64,000 nt of DNA. It comes from an uncultured Phycisphaerales bacterium (GTDB taxonomy: Bacteria > Planctomycetota > Phycisphaerae > Sedimentisphaerales > Anaerobacaceae). How positions within the stretch are numbered: the first letter of the stretch is position 1; the number at the start of each line of letters is the position of its first letter. Where the stretch lies: positions 2,528,001-2,592,000 of the forward strand of contig OY970359.1 of NCBI GenBank assembly GCA_963718665.1. Reading direction: 5' to 3'. Shown here in pieces: positions 9,989 through 18,673 of this stretch. Under the pieces are notes generated by a model. The model saw only the letters and a list, made by a program, of their open reading frames with translations, was not told the DNA's origin and made no database searches. The position numbers and the translations under genes are program-made.

Positions 9989-11224
9989 ATGATAACGGTA
10001 AACGAGAATTTTTTGAAATTGCAGGCGGGGTATTTATTTCCCGAAATAGGCAAACGCAGGCGTGCGTTTCAGCAGGCGCACCCTGAGGCGAAGATTATCA
10101 GTATGGGAATCGGCGATGTTACGCAGCCGATTGCCCCGGCGGTAATCGAGGCGATGCGCAAGGCCGTGGATGAGATGGGCAAAAAAGAGACGTTTCGCGG
10201 CTACGACGACGGTGGCATCGGGTATGCTTTCCTCAGAGAGGCGATTGCGAAAAATGATTTCAAATCGCGTGGCGTAAGTATCGATATTGATGAGATTTTT
10301 GTCAGCGACGGCGCAAAATCAGATACCGCCAACATACAAGAGCTTTTCGGCCTCGATAACATAATAGCAGTGGCTGACCCGGTCTATCCCGTTTACGTCG
10401 ATACCAATGTTATGGCGGGACGGACGGGTGCGGTCGCGGGGCAGGGCACATATTTGAAAATCGTATATATGCCCGCCACGGCGAAAAATGATTTTGTCCC
10501 TGAACTGCCAAGAGAAAAGGTGGATATGGTTTATCTGTGCTTTCCGAATAACCCGACCGGCGCGGTTGCGACCAAAGAACAGTTGAAAAAATGGGTCGAT
10601 TACGCGAGGGAAAATAAAGCCGTAATTCTTTTCGACGCCGCATACGAGGCGTATATAAGCGATTCGCAGATACCGCATTCGATATATGAAATCGAAGGCG
10701 CTAAAGAAGTAGCGATTGAGTTTCGCAGTTTTTCCAAAACCGCCGGTTTTACCGGGCTTCGCTGTGCTTTTACCGTTGTGCCGAAAGAGCTTCGGGCGTT
10801 CACCAGAGCAGGACAAAGCGTTGCCCTGAATCTGCTCTGGAACAGACGACTTTGCACCAAGTTCAACGGCGTATCGTATGTTACTCAGTCAGCGGCTGCC
10901 GCGGTTTATACCGATGAGGGCAAAAAGCAGATTCGCAAAACGATTGATATTTATATGAACAACGCGAAGGTTATTCGTGAATCGCTTACCGCTTTGGGAT
11001 ATAAAGTATATGGCGGCGTTAATGCTCCGTATATCTGGGTGAAAACTCCTGAGGGCGTCGGCTCGTGGCAATTCTTTGACTTGTTGCTCAATAAGGCACA
11101 CATCGTAACAACCCCCGGCGCAGGGTTCGGCCCAGCGGGGGAAGGATATGTGCGATTGACCGCTTTCGGCAATCCTCCTGATGTTGTCGAGGCGATGGGG
11201 CGAATCAAGGCCATATCTAAATGA
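9989..11224 (+). CDS. dapL: LL-diaminopimelate aminotransferase
   Basis: [52 protein letters not shown]. Confidence 0.97.
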   Translation: MITVNENFLKLQAGYLFPEIGKRRRAFQQAHPEAKIISMGIGDVTQPIAPAVIEAMRKAVDEMGKKETFRGYDDGGIGYAFLREAIAKNDFKSRGVSIDIDEIFVSDGAKSDTANIQELFGLDNIIAVADPVYPVYVDTNVMAGRTGAVAGQGTYLKIVYMPATAKNDFVPELPREKVDMVYLCFPNNPTGAVATKEQLKKWVDYARENKAVILFDAAYEAYISDSQIPHSIYEIEGAKEVAIEFRSFSKTAGFTGLRCAFTVVPKELRAFTRAGQSVALNLLWNRRLCTKFNGVSYVTQSAAAAVYTDEGKKQIRKTIDIYMNNAKVIRESLTALGYKVYGGVNAPYIWVKTPEGVGSWQFFDLLLNKAHIVTTPGAGFGPAGEGYVRLTAFGNPPDVVEAMGRIKAISK

Positions 11225-12303
11225 GCGACATAATCGCATACATCGGTTTGGGTGGTAATCTTGGCGACCGGGGAAACCATATCGACAGAGCCATTCAATC
11301 TCTGCGAGAAACGCCGGATATTTCGGTCGAGCATGTTTCAGCCGTCATCGAGACCAAACCATTGGGCGACACGGAACAGCCGAAGTATTTGAATTGCGTC
11401 GCGGAAATACGAACATCTTTTTCAGCCGCAAAACTTCATCAGCAGCTCATTCGCATCGAGAACGCACTTGGTCGTAAGAGAGGTAAAAAATGGGCGTCGA
11501 GAACCATTGATATTGACCTGCTGCTGTTCGGCAATGAGGTAATAAACAGCGATACGCTTACCGTTCCTCATTCGCAAATGCACCTGCGTTCGTTTGTGCT
11601 GGCGGGATTGCGCCAGTTGAATCCGAAGCTGTTGCATCCTGTTCTCAATGAGACAGTTGATACGCTTGCAGGTCGGCTGAACGGCGGCGATTTTGCCCTC
11701 AAGCCCGATAGGCCGCAGCTTATAAGTATCGCAGGCAATATCGGCGCGGGCAAAACTACACTTACAAAAATACTTGCCGAGGTGTTTAAATGCAGAGCAA
11801 TCTTCGAGGCATACGACACCAATCCGTTTTTGGCCAAAGTTTACGCGGGCAATCACGACCTTGCCCTTGATAGTCAGTTGTATTTCCTTTTTACGCGTCT
11901 CGAACAGTTGAACCCGACATCACTCGAAAAAGGGAAGTCCGTCGTTACCGATTACCTTTTTCAAAAAGAGCAGATATACGCAAAATTGCTTTTAAACGCT
12001 GAGCAATTGATGTTGTATCAGAAATTTTATTCGATTGTGTCGCCTGCGATTACCAATCCTGCTGTCGTAATATATCTGCAAAACCCGCCGAAGCAGTGTC
12101 TTGAGCGGATTCACAAACGAAGCAGGCCCTATGAGCAGCGAATTGAAAGCAGTTTTCTCGAGGCCGTCGGCGCCGGTTACGAACAGGGTTTATGCGACTG
12201 GAAAATTTGCCCCGTCATCCGGCTCCCCGATTTCGATTGTTTCGACAAAAACGCGGTCGATTCGCTCGTCAGGCAGTTGAAATGTTACCTCGCTTGCGGA
12301 TAA
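11221..12303 (+). CDS. folK: HPPK (FolK) fused to a deoxynucleoside-kinase domain
   Basis: [28 protein letters not shown], followed by P-loop [11 protein letters not shown] and NPFL..VY / QLYFL. Confidence 0.92.
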   Translation: MSDIIAYIGLGGNLGDRGNHIDRAIQSLRETPDISVEHVSAVIETKPLGDTEQPKYLNCVAEIRTSFSAAKLHQQLIRIENALGRKRGKKWASRTIDIDLLLFGNEVINSDTLTVPHSQMHLRSFVLAGLRQLNPKLLHPVLNETVDTLAGRLNGGDFALKPDRPQLISIAGNIGAGKTTLTKILAEVFKCRAIFEAYDTNPFLAKVYAGNHDLALDSQLYFLFTRLEQLNPTSLEKGKSVVTDYLFQKEQIYAKLLLNAEQLMLYQKFYSIVSPAITNPAVVIYLQNPPKQCLERIHKRSRPYEQRIESSFLEAVGAGYEQGLCDWKICPVIRLPDFDCFDKNAVDSLVRQLKCYLACG

Positions 12304-12313
12304 TAGGTTTGAA

Positions 12314-13171
12314 ATGAAAATTGCGAAGACAATTAAATTGGTCAGGGCAGCTATTAAAGCTGCCCGTAAAGCAGGCAGGGCAATCGGTCTTGTTCCGACG
12401 ATGGGTGCACTGCATCGCGGACACGTATCACTAATCGAGCGTTCGGCAAAGCACGGCGATTTTGTCGTGGTCAGCATATTTGTAAACCCGACACAGTTCG
12501 GCCCAAAAGAGGACCTCGCCAAATACCCTAGGCCATTGCGCGAGGACCTGCGAATCTGTGAAGACAACGGCGTTGATGTTGTTTTTATCCCCGATGCGAG
12601 GGAAATGTATCGAGAAGAAGAGATTACCTGGGTCAATGTAGATAAAATTTCGGAGCCGTTATGCGGACGTTTCAGGCCGGGGCATTTTCGGGGGGTAGCG
12701 ACCGTATGCGCGAAACTTTTCAATATCGTGCAGCCCGACATCGCGTATTTTGGCCAAAAAGACGCCCAGCAGCTTGCCGTGATAAGACGAATGGTCGCCG
12801 ACCTCGATTTTACGCTTAAAATCGTGGGTTGCCCGACAGTGCGCGAAGCTGACGGCCTTGCGCTTAGCAGCAGAAACTTGTATTTGTCGTCGGATCAGAG
12901 AAAAGACGCGACCTGTATATACCGCTCGCTTAAAACCGCCCGCGAAATGATTGAGGCGGGCCGAACAAATCCCAAAACAATCGCCGCTAAAATTCGTAAG
13001 ATAATTACCGCCGCAAAATCGCTCAGCAGCGTTGATTACATAAGCATCGTTGATGCCGAGACACTTCAGGACGTCAGCCGAGTTACAGGCAGGGTGCTGA
13101 TTGCCATTGCGGCAAGATTCGGCTCGACCCGGCTGATTGATAACCTGACAGTGGACTGCCGGACAAGATGA
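12314..13171 (+). CDS. panC: Pantoate--beta-alanine ligase
   Basis: VPTMGALHRGH, SIFVNPTQF, RPGHFRGV, FGQKDAQQ, RLIDN. Confidence 0.98.
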   Translation: MKIAKTIKLVRAAIKAARKAGRAIGLVPTMGALHRGHVSLIERSAKHGDFVVVSIFVNPTQFGPKEDLAKYPRPLREDLRICEDNGVDVVFIPDAREMYREEEITWVNVDKISEPLCGRFRPGHFRGVATVCAKLFNIVQPDIAYFGQKDAQQLAVIRRMVADLDFTLKIVGCPTVREADGLALSSRNLYLSSDQRKDATCIYRSLKTAREMIEAGRTNPKTIAAKIRKIITAAKSLSSVDYISIVDAETLQDVSRVTGRVLIAIAARFGSTRLIDNLTVDCRTR

Positions 13172-13217
13172 TGTATAATAATCTTTTTTAATTTTATAAG
13201 AAGGCAGGCAAATAACA

Positions 13218-13580
13218 ATGCTCTTAAAGATGTTAAAATCGAAACTGCACCGGGCACGCGTAACCGAGACCCGGCTTCACTATCCCGGCAGCATTCTAAT
13301 CGATTCGGCACTGATGAAGGCGACGGGTATTCTGCCTTATGAGGGTGTTCTGATAGCCGACCTGACCAACGGCAGCAGAGTCGAGACCTACGTTGTGCCG
13401 GCCCCGGCAAACTCGGGCCAGATAGTTGTCCTCGGCGCAGCGGCACAACTGATGAATAAAAATGACATAGTAATAATCTTCAGTTTTGCCTATTGCACCC
13501 CGGCTGAGGCGAAAAAGCTTAAACCGAAGGTTATTCTCCTTGACGAGCACAATAAAATTCGAAAACCGCTTAAACAATAA
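13218..13580 (+). CDS. panD: Aspartate 1-decarboxylase
   Basis: MLKSKLHRARVT, Y.GS self-cleavage site, NGSRVETY, GAAA. Confidence 0.97.
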   Translation: MLLKMLKSKLHRARVTETRLHYPGSILIDSALMKATGILPYEGVLIADLTNGSRVETYVVPAPANSGQIVVLGAAAQLMNKNDIVIIFSFAYCTPAEAKKLKPKVILLDEHNKIRKPLKQ

Positions 13581-13602
13581 ATAGGCAATCAAAGGTTTAT
13601 AG

Positions 13603-14586
13603 ATGCATCCTGAACTATTCAGAATACCTTTTACTCCGTTGACGGTCAAGGCCTATGGTCTGATGCTGGTCATTGGTTTTCTGATGGCTGTGCATATCAT
13701 CAGGCGACTTAGCAGAAACATCACGCCCGACCCGCAAATGATTACCAACGCATCATTGTATTGCCTTGTCGTGGGCGTAATCGGCGCTCGCATATTTTAC
13801 GTTCTGCATCACTTCGACAATTTCAAATATAACCTGATGAGTGTGTTTGCTATATGGGAAGGCGGGCTTGAGCTTCTGGGCGGCGTTGTTGGCGCTATCG
13901 GGATAATTGTTCTCTACCTTCGATACCACAAGCTGCCCACACGCCAATATCTCGACATCCTCGTAATCGGGCTTATGTTTACGCTTTGCTTCGGAAGAAT
14001 CGGCTGTTTCCTCAATGGCTGCTGTTTCGGCAAACCATGTGATTTACCCTGGGCGGTAAGGTTCCCTTACAATTCATTCGCCTACACAAGCCAGGTCGAG
14101 CCAAACCCCGCTCGAAATCGCGCCTCGCCCCAGATGCGGCTGCCCGACGACTTTTTTAATTCCGGCGTACTGAAACCCTATGACCAACTGACCCCGCAAC
14201 AAAAAGAAATGGTAACAACAGGCCCTTACCGCTGCATGGCAGTCCACCCTACGGAATTGTATTCCTCCGCAGACGCGGCTATTATCGCCGGCCTGCTATA
14301 CCTGTTCTGGAAAAGGGCACAAAACGCTCAAAAAGCCAAAAACTTCCTCAAACCACTCACAAAACCGGGTGGCACCTTTGCCCTTATGTTCATCCTTTAC
14401 AGTTGCGTTCGCTTTTTTGAAGAGTTTCTGCGTGACGATAACCCATTCGAATACGGAAGGTGGATGATTTACAAGGGCGGCACTATCTCCCAGAACCTCT
14501 CCATTTATATGCTCATCTTTGGTGTTGTCCTGATGCTCATTTTCCAGAAACTTCCTGCCGATAAACAATCATCCAAAACCCGCTGA
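13603..14586 (+). CDS. lgt: Prolipoprotein diacylglyceryl transferase
   Basis: YGLML, GARIFYV, IWEGGL, GRIGCFLNGCCFG, HPTELY, RFFEEFLR. Confidence 0.95.
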   Translation: MHPELFRIPFTPLTVKAYGLMLVIGFLMAVHIIRRLSRNITPDPQMITNASLYCLVVGVIGARIFYVLHHFDNFKYNLMSVFAIWEGGLELLGGVVGAIGIIVLYLRYHKLPTRQYLDILVIGLMFTLCFGRIGCFLNGCCFGKPCDLPWAVRFPYNSFAYTSQVEPNPARNRASPQMRLPDDFFNSGVLKPYDQLTPQQKEMVTTGPYRCMAVHPTELYSSADAAIIAGLLYLFWKRAQNAQKAKNFLKPLTKPGGTFALMFILYSCVRFFEEFLRDDNPFEYGRWMIYKGGTISQNLSIYMLIFGVVLMLIFQKLPADKQSSKTR

Positions 14587-14647
14587 TTTTTCTGAATGAT
14601 TCACGGGCTTTTGATATAATGGTAACAACTGTTTTCTTAAGGATACT

Positions 14648-15508
14648 ATGGGGCTTTACGAAAGAGATTACACCCAGGAACAAAATGATGCGCAGTCGCG
14701 CTATGCGCCGCAGATGCGCCTGGGCTTCCCGTCCGTAACCCCCATCGTAAAATGGCTTCTCATCACCAACGTCTCCGTTTTCTTAATCAATGTCATTTTC
14801 TCATCCCAGGAAGGGACGGGAATGACGTTTCTTCAAACGTATTTTGCCCTGATACCAGCTACTCCGATGCTCACCCTCCAGCTATGGCGACTGATTACTT
14901 ACCAGTTTCTTCACTGGGATTTTAATCATATATTGTTCAATATGCTCGGGCTGTTTTTCTTGGGGCCGTCGCTTGAACGTCAGTGGGGCAGCAAAAAATT
15001 CCTCACGTTTTACCTTTCCTGCGGGGTGGCGGGGGGGCTCTTTTATATCCTTCTGGTTATGACTGGATTTTTGTCTGCCGGGCCGATGGTAGGTGCGTCA
15101 GGGGCAATACTCGGTGTTCTCACCGCCTGCGCGATTCTCTTCCCGCATTTCGTCGTATTTATTGTTATCTTCCCTGTGCCTATCCGCGTTGCCGCGGTCA
15201 TTCTGATGGGCATCTCATTTTTTACCGTCCTGTCGAAAGGTGCAAACGCCGGCGGCGAGGCGTGTCATTTCGCCGGTATTGCCGTGGGGGCGATATATGT
15301 TCTGTCGGATTCCTGGCGGACCGCCCTGAAATTACGCTTCAAGGCGTCAAAATGGGAGAAATATATCGAATCCGAACGCCGGCTTCGTCTTGAGGTGGAC
15401 CGTATCCTCAAGAAAGTTCACGATAACGGCATACAATCCTTAGCCGCGTCTGAAAAACGCATCCTTAAAAAAGCGACCCACCTCGAACAGGAACGCCTGC
15501 GTAAATAA
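14648..15508 (+). CDS. Rhomboid intramembrane serine protease
   Basis: WRLITYQFLH, HILFNM, GASG, catalytic H in CHFAG; C-terminal EVDRILKKV..GIQSL...EKRIL tail. Confidence 0.93.
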   Translation: MGLYERDYTQEQNDAQSRYAPQMRLGFPSVTPIVKWLLITNVSVFLINVIFSSQEGTGMTFLQTYFALIPATPMLTLQLWRLITYQFLHWDFNHILFNMLGLFFLGPSLERQWGSKKFLTFYLSCGVAGGLFYILLVMTGFLSAGPMVGASGAILGVLTACAILFPHFVVFIVIFPVPIRVAAVILMGISFFTVLSKGANAGGEACHFAGIAVGAIYVLSDSWRTALKLRFKASKWEKYIESERRLRLEVDRILKKVHDNGIQSLAASEKRILKKATHLEQERLRK

Positions 15509-15514
15509 AACAGC

Positions 15515-15548
15515 GAGGCCTTGCGCACAACTCGCAAGGCCTCGTTTA
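15515..15548. terminator. Hairpin between convergent genes (probable bidirectional terminator)
   Basis: cgaggccttgcg-cacaact-cgcaaggcctcg, a perfect 12-bp stem with A/T flanks. Confidence 0.7.
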
Positions 15549-15578
15549 AATCCGCAATCTAAAATCTGCAATTTACAA

Positions 15579-16451
15579 TCAGTTGTCCCATTCGAACTTT
15601 TCCGGCTCGTTGACAAGCTCGGTAACACGTTCCTTAACCTTCTGGCTCTTGAAATCCTTGCCCTTCCATTTCTCGACCTCGGTCTTTCTCTGGTCAACCT
15701 CTTTTTGCAGTTCCGCCAGCTTTTTGGTCAGGTCTTCATACGCCATTTGTTTACGTTTGACAATCAGGTCAAACTGCTGGCCGACAATCTGTTCTAATTC
15801 CGCGGTAAGCGTTTTTTTCTGCTTTTCATCCTTTGTTGCCCCTATTTGTTTGAGCAGTTCCGCCCGTTTGCCTTTAAGCTCCAGTTGCTGCTTCAGGACT
15901 TTCGCAAGGTTCGGGTCGTCTTGAGCCGCCTTACAAATCGGCCCATATTTCTTCCCGCTAATCATCACCGCTCTCATATACTGCTCGGGATTGTCCTTTT
16001 TGATCTGCTCCAGTTTTGTTGCTTCATCAGGATAATTTTCCTTGAGGCATTTGAGGTACTCATCTGTTCTTTCCTGGATTCTTTCGCGCATTATTTCCGC
16101 GCCCGGTCCGGGCATTGTGGATACCTGCTCCATCATACGCGACATAAACTGTTCATGCGTAGCGTTTCGCAGTTCTGCCTTGAATGCATTTGGGTCTTTT
16201 TCACGCAGCTTGGTCAGCTCATCTGCTTTTTGAGGATTCTTTTCCTTTAGCTCGGCCAATAAGCGGTTCGTCTGTTCCGGCGTCAACTCAAATTGTTCTT
16301 TGTCGTGCATCGGGCCGTTGGGTGGCGGAGGTGGCGGTGCGGCTTCAATCTGGTCTTCTTTGGCGAGGTCTCCTGCCCTGGTCTGGCTCACGCCCGTCAT
16401 TGCCAGTGCGCATGCCGCTACCAAGATCGCCTTCCATAAGTTTATTCTCAT
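15579..16451 (-). CDS. Exported helical/coiled-coil protein (Spy/CpxP-like), third gene of the ECF module
   Basis: Signal peptide, Pro-rich linker, LTPEQ motif, charged helical body. Confidence 0.6.
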   Translation of the reverse strand: MRINLWKAILVAACALAMTGVSQTRAGDLAKEDQIEAAPPPPPPNGPMHDKEQFELTPEQTNRLLAELKEKNPQKADELTKLREKDPNAFKAELRNATHEQFMSRMMEQVSTMPGPGAEIMRERIQERTDEYLKCLKENYPDEATKLEQIKKDNPEQYMRAVMISGKKYGPICKAAQDDPNLAKVLKQQLELKGKRAELLKQIGATKDEKQKKTLTAELEQIVGQQFDLIVKRKQMAYEDLTKKLAELQKEVDQRKTEVEKWKGKDFKSQKVKERVTELVNEPEKFEWDN

Positions 16452-16455
16452 ATCC

Positions 16456-16962
16456 TTATCCTTTCCACATATCGCCGTTAACTTCGATTAATTCTGTTTC
16501 CAAATCTCCGACAGATGTGCTTCCATTGACGTTGTTGTCATCAGATTGAGCCCCCGACAACTCACTCTGTATATTTTCTATTTCTGCTTTCAGCACGGTT
16601 ACATCCGCATCATCGGCGCCTTCCCACACTCTCGCGGGTATCGATGCCGCGATTATCCTGGTTTGTTGGCTGTTCTGTGAGTTGCCATACCGCATTAGCA
16701 CCAGGACTGATACTACAATTACCGCCGCCGCGACAGCCGTACCCAGAATCTTTTTCTGTAATACGACTATTCGCCGTCGTCTTACCGCGGCCACGACATT
16801 TTTCTTCACCTCGGCGAGTACCCGTTCATCCGGCTGAGGCGATTGATTCGCCCCCAGAATTTCTTCACCCTTTTCTATATCCTCAGCTGTCTGCTGGGCT
16901 GCCGCCTCATCCATAAAGCCGGCCAGCAACTCTCTCAAATTTTCATTCGCTGAATTATTCAT
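16456..16962 (-). CDS. Putative single-pass anti-sigma factor
   Basis: Directly downstream of the ECF sigma; RRRR followed by the AVAAAVIVV TM helix. Confidence 0.65.
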   Translation of the reverse strand: MNNSANENLRELLAGFMDEAAAQQTAEDIEKGEEILGANQSPQPDERVLAEVKKNVVAAVRRRRIVVLQKKILGTAVAAAVIVVSVLVLMRYGNSQNSQQTRIIAASIPARVWEGADDADVTVLKAEIENIQSELSGAQSDDNNVNGSTSVGDLETELIEVNGDMWKG

Positions 16963-16967
16963 AATGG

Positions 16968-17495
16968 TTATCCCATCAATTTCCGCAATTTCTTTAATCC
17001 ACGGTGCACCTTTGATAATGTCGTCCCGATTGGTTCTCGCCTTGATTCCGCAATCTCCTTGAACGACATCTGTGAGTAAAATCTCATCATTATCAGTTCC
17101 CGCACGTCGTCGTCCAATTCCCCAAGCACCATTTGCAGCTTGTCGGCGTCGTCATTTTTTCCACCTATAACACCAGCCGATTGCGACATTATCCGTTTGC
17201 TGTGCTCATCCAGAAGTCGCGTCTGTCGCTGTTTGAACCGCAAATGGTCGCGGAAGATATTCGACGCCATTGTGAATACCCACCCGTCGAAGCTGCCGCC
17301 GCGGTAACTGCCTATCTTTTCCACTAACTTTGCAAATAGCTCGCTAAGCAATTCCTCGCTCAAATCCCTGTTGCCGGTCAAGCGGTAGAAATATCCGAAG
17401 CATCGCCTGCCATATATATCGACGAGTTGTGTGAAACATCCCTCGTTGCCTTTCTTACACCCTATAATTACCCGTTCAATATCACGCTGCGCCAT
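16968..17495 (-). CDS. ECF RNA polymerase sigma factor
   Basis: Region 2 (FDGWVFTMASNIFRDHLR) and region 4 (SFKEIAE...PIGTTLSKVHRG). Confidence 0.93.
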   Translation of the reverse strand: MAQRDIERVIIGCKKGNEGCFTQLVDIYGRRCFGYFYRLTGNRDLSEELLSELFAKLVEKIGSYRGGSFDGWVFTMASNIFRDHLRFKQRQTRLLDEHSKRIMSQSAGVIGGKNDDADKLQMVLGELDDDVRELIMMRFYSQMSFKEIAESRREPIGTTLSKVHRGLKKLRKLMG

Positions 17496-17518
17496 AATTG
17501 GCCATTTTTCACTTATTT

Positions 17519-17547
17519 TAGACGCACCTGACCGCTTGTTTATTGCA
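17519..17547 (-). promoter_or_regulatory. Candidate ECF-type autoregulatory promoter
   Basis: Minus strand TGCAAT-N17-CGTCTA about 25 nt upstream of the sigma start, resembling AAC/CGT-type ECF promoters. Confidence 0.5.
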
Positions 17548-17582
17548 TTTACACGCAGAATCGCTATACTTATATCTTGACT

Positions 17583-17867
17583 ATGGCCATAACAGAAGTA
17601 AAACCTTCTTCAAAAAACACCTGGGCCGCCAAATTCAAGCGGACTGTAACCGCCTTTTTGCCTGTCTCGAAAAAACGCCGGGGCCAGTGTATCCGCTGTG
17701 GCGCCTGCTGCAAACTCCCCAATGTCTGCCCCTGGCTTCAATTTGACGCCCAGGGCAAAGCCATCTGCAAAATCTACCACCTGCGCCCTATGAACTGCCG
17801 AAAATACCCGAGAACCGGCTCCGAACACATTACCTCAACCTCCTGCGGTATTCACTTCGAGAAATAA
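17583..17867 (+). CDS. YkgJ/FliB-like cysteine-cluster (CxxCxxCC) protein
   Basis: CIRCGACC, CPWL, CKIYHLRPMNCRKYP. Confidence 0.8.
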   Translation: MAITEVKPSSKNTWAAKFKRTVTAFLPVSKKRRGQCIRCGACCKLPNVCPWLQFDAQGKAICKIYHLRPMNCRKYPRTGSEHITSTSCGIHFEK

Positions 17868-17903
17868 CAAGCTGTTTGAGAATTCTTGACCCCGGCATTT
17901 GGT

Positions 17904-17942
17904 TTAACAAAGTTTTTACATTAAACTAATCATTTGCTAATA
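17904..17942 (+). promoter_or_regulatory. Pho-box-like direct-repeat array upstream of phoB
   Basis: ttaaca(17904), tttaca(17915), ctaatc(17926), ctaata(17937): exact 11-bp period. Confidence 0.7.
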
Positions 17943-17986
17943 TAGACAGTGGATACTATTCAAAAAACATAGGGAAAGGGATACAA

Positions 17987-18670
17987 GTGGTCAGAGGAAG
18001 CATACTTGCTGTAGATGACGAAGAAGATGTGCTGGAACTGGTGCGGTATAACTTCAACAAAGAAGGATTCAAAGTTGAGACGGCCATTACCGGCGAAGAG
18101 GCGTTGAAAAAGGCAAAGGCCAACCCGCCCAGCGCTATACTGCTTGACCGTATGCTGCCGGGGATAGACGGCATCGAGGTTTGCAGGCAGCTTAAGGCCG
18201 ATTCGAAGACCAGCTCAATACCTATAATAATGCTTACCGCCAAAGGCGAGGAGTCCGATGTTGTCTCCGGACTGGAGGTCGGCGCGGATGATTATGTTAC
18301 AAAGCCGTTTAGCCCCAAGATTCTTATTGCCAGGGTGCGGCGAATTCTATACAGGGCAACAGCGGCAAAGCAGGAAAATACGCCCGTCAAGATTCACGAT
18401 TTGACCATAGACCCCGCCCGATACGAGGTGAAACTCAAAAACAAGCCGGTAGAATTAACTTTTACGGAGTTTATGATTCTTTATACGCTGGCGAAGAAAC
18501 CGGGATTAGTGCTGAGCAGATACAATATAGTTGACGCGATTCGCGGGAGCAATTATGTTGTTACCGACCGGGCCGTGGATGTCCAGATTGTTTCTTTAAG
18601 GCGCAAGCTCGGCCAGTTCGGAAAATACATTGAGACCGTAAGAGGCGTGGGCTATCGTTTCAAGGACTAA
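17987..18670 (+). CDS. phoB: PhoB/OmpR-family response regulator
   Basis: REC domain (VDDEED, LLDRMLPG, GADDYVTKPF) plus winged helix (IETVRGVGY); adjacent to pst genes. Confidence 0.9.
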   Translation: MVRGSILAVDDEEDVLELVRYNFNKEGFKVETAITGEEALKKAKANPPSAILLDRMLPGIDGIEVCRQLKADSKTSSIPIIMLTAKGEESDVVSGLEVGADDYVTKPFSPKILIARVRRILYRATAAKQENTPVKIHDLTIDPARYEVKLKNKPVELTFTEFMILYTLAKKPGLVLSRYNIVDAIRGSNYVVTDRAVDVQIVSLRRKLGQFGKYIETVRGVGYRFKD

Positions 18671-18673
18671 TTG

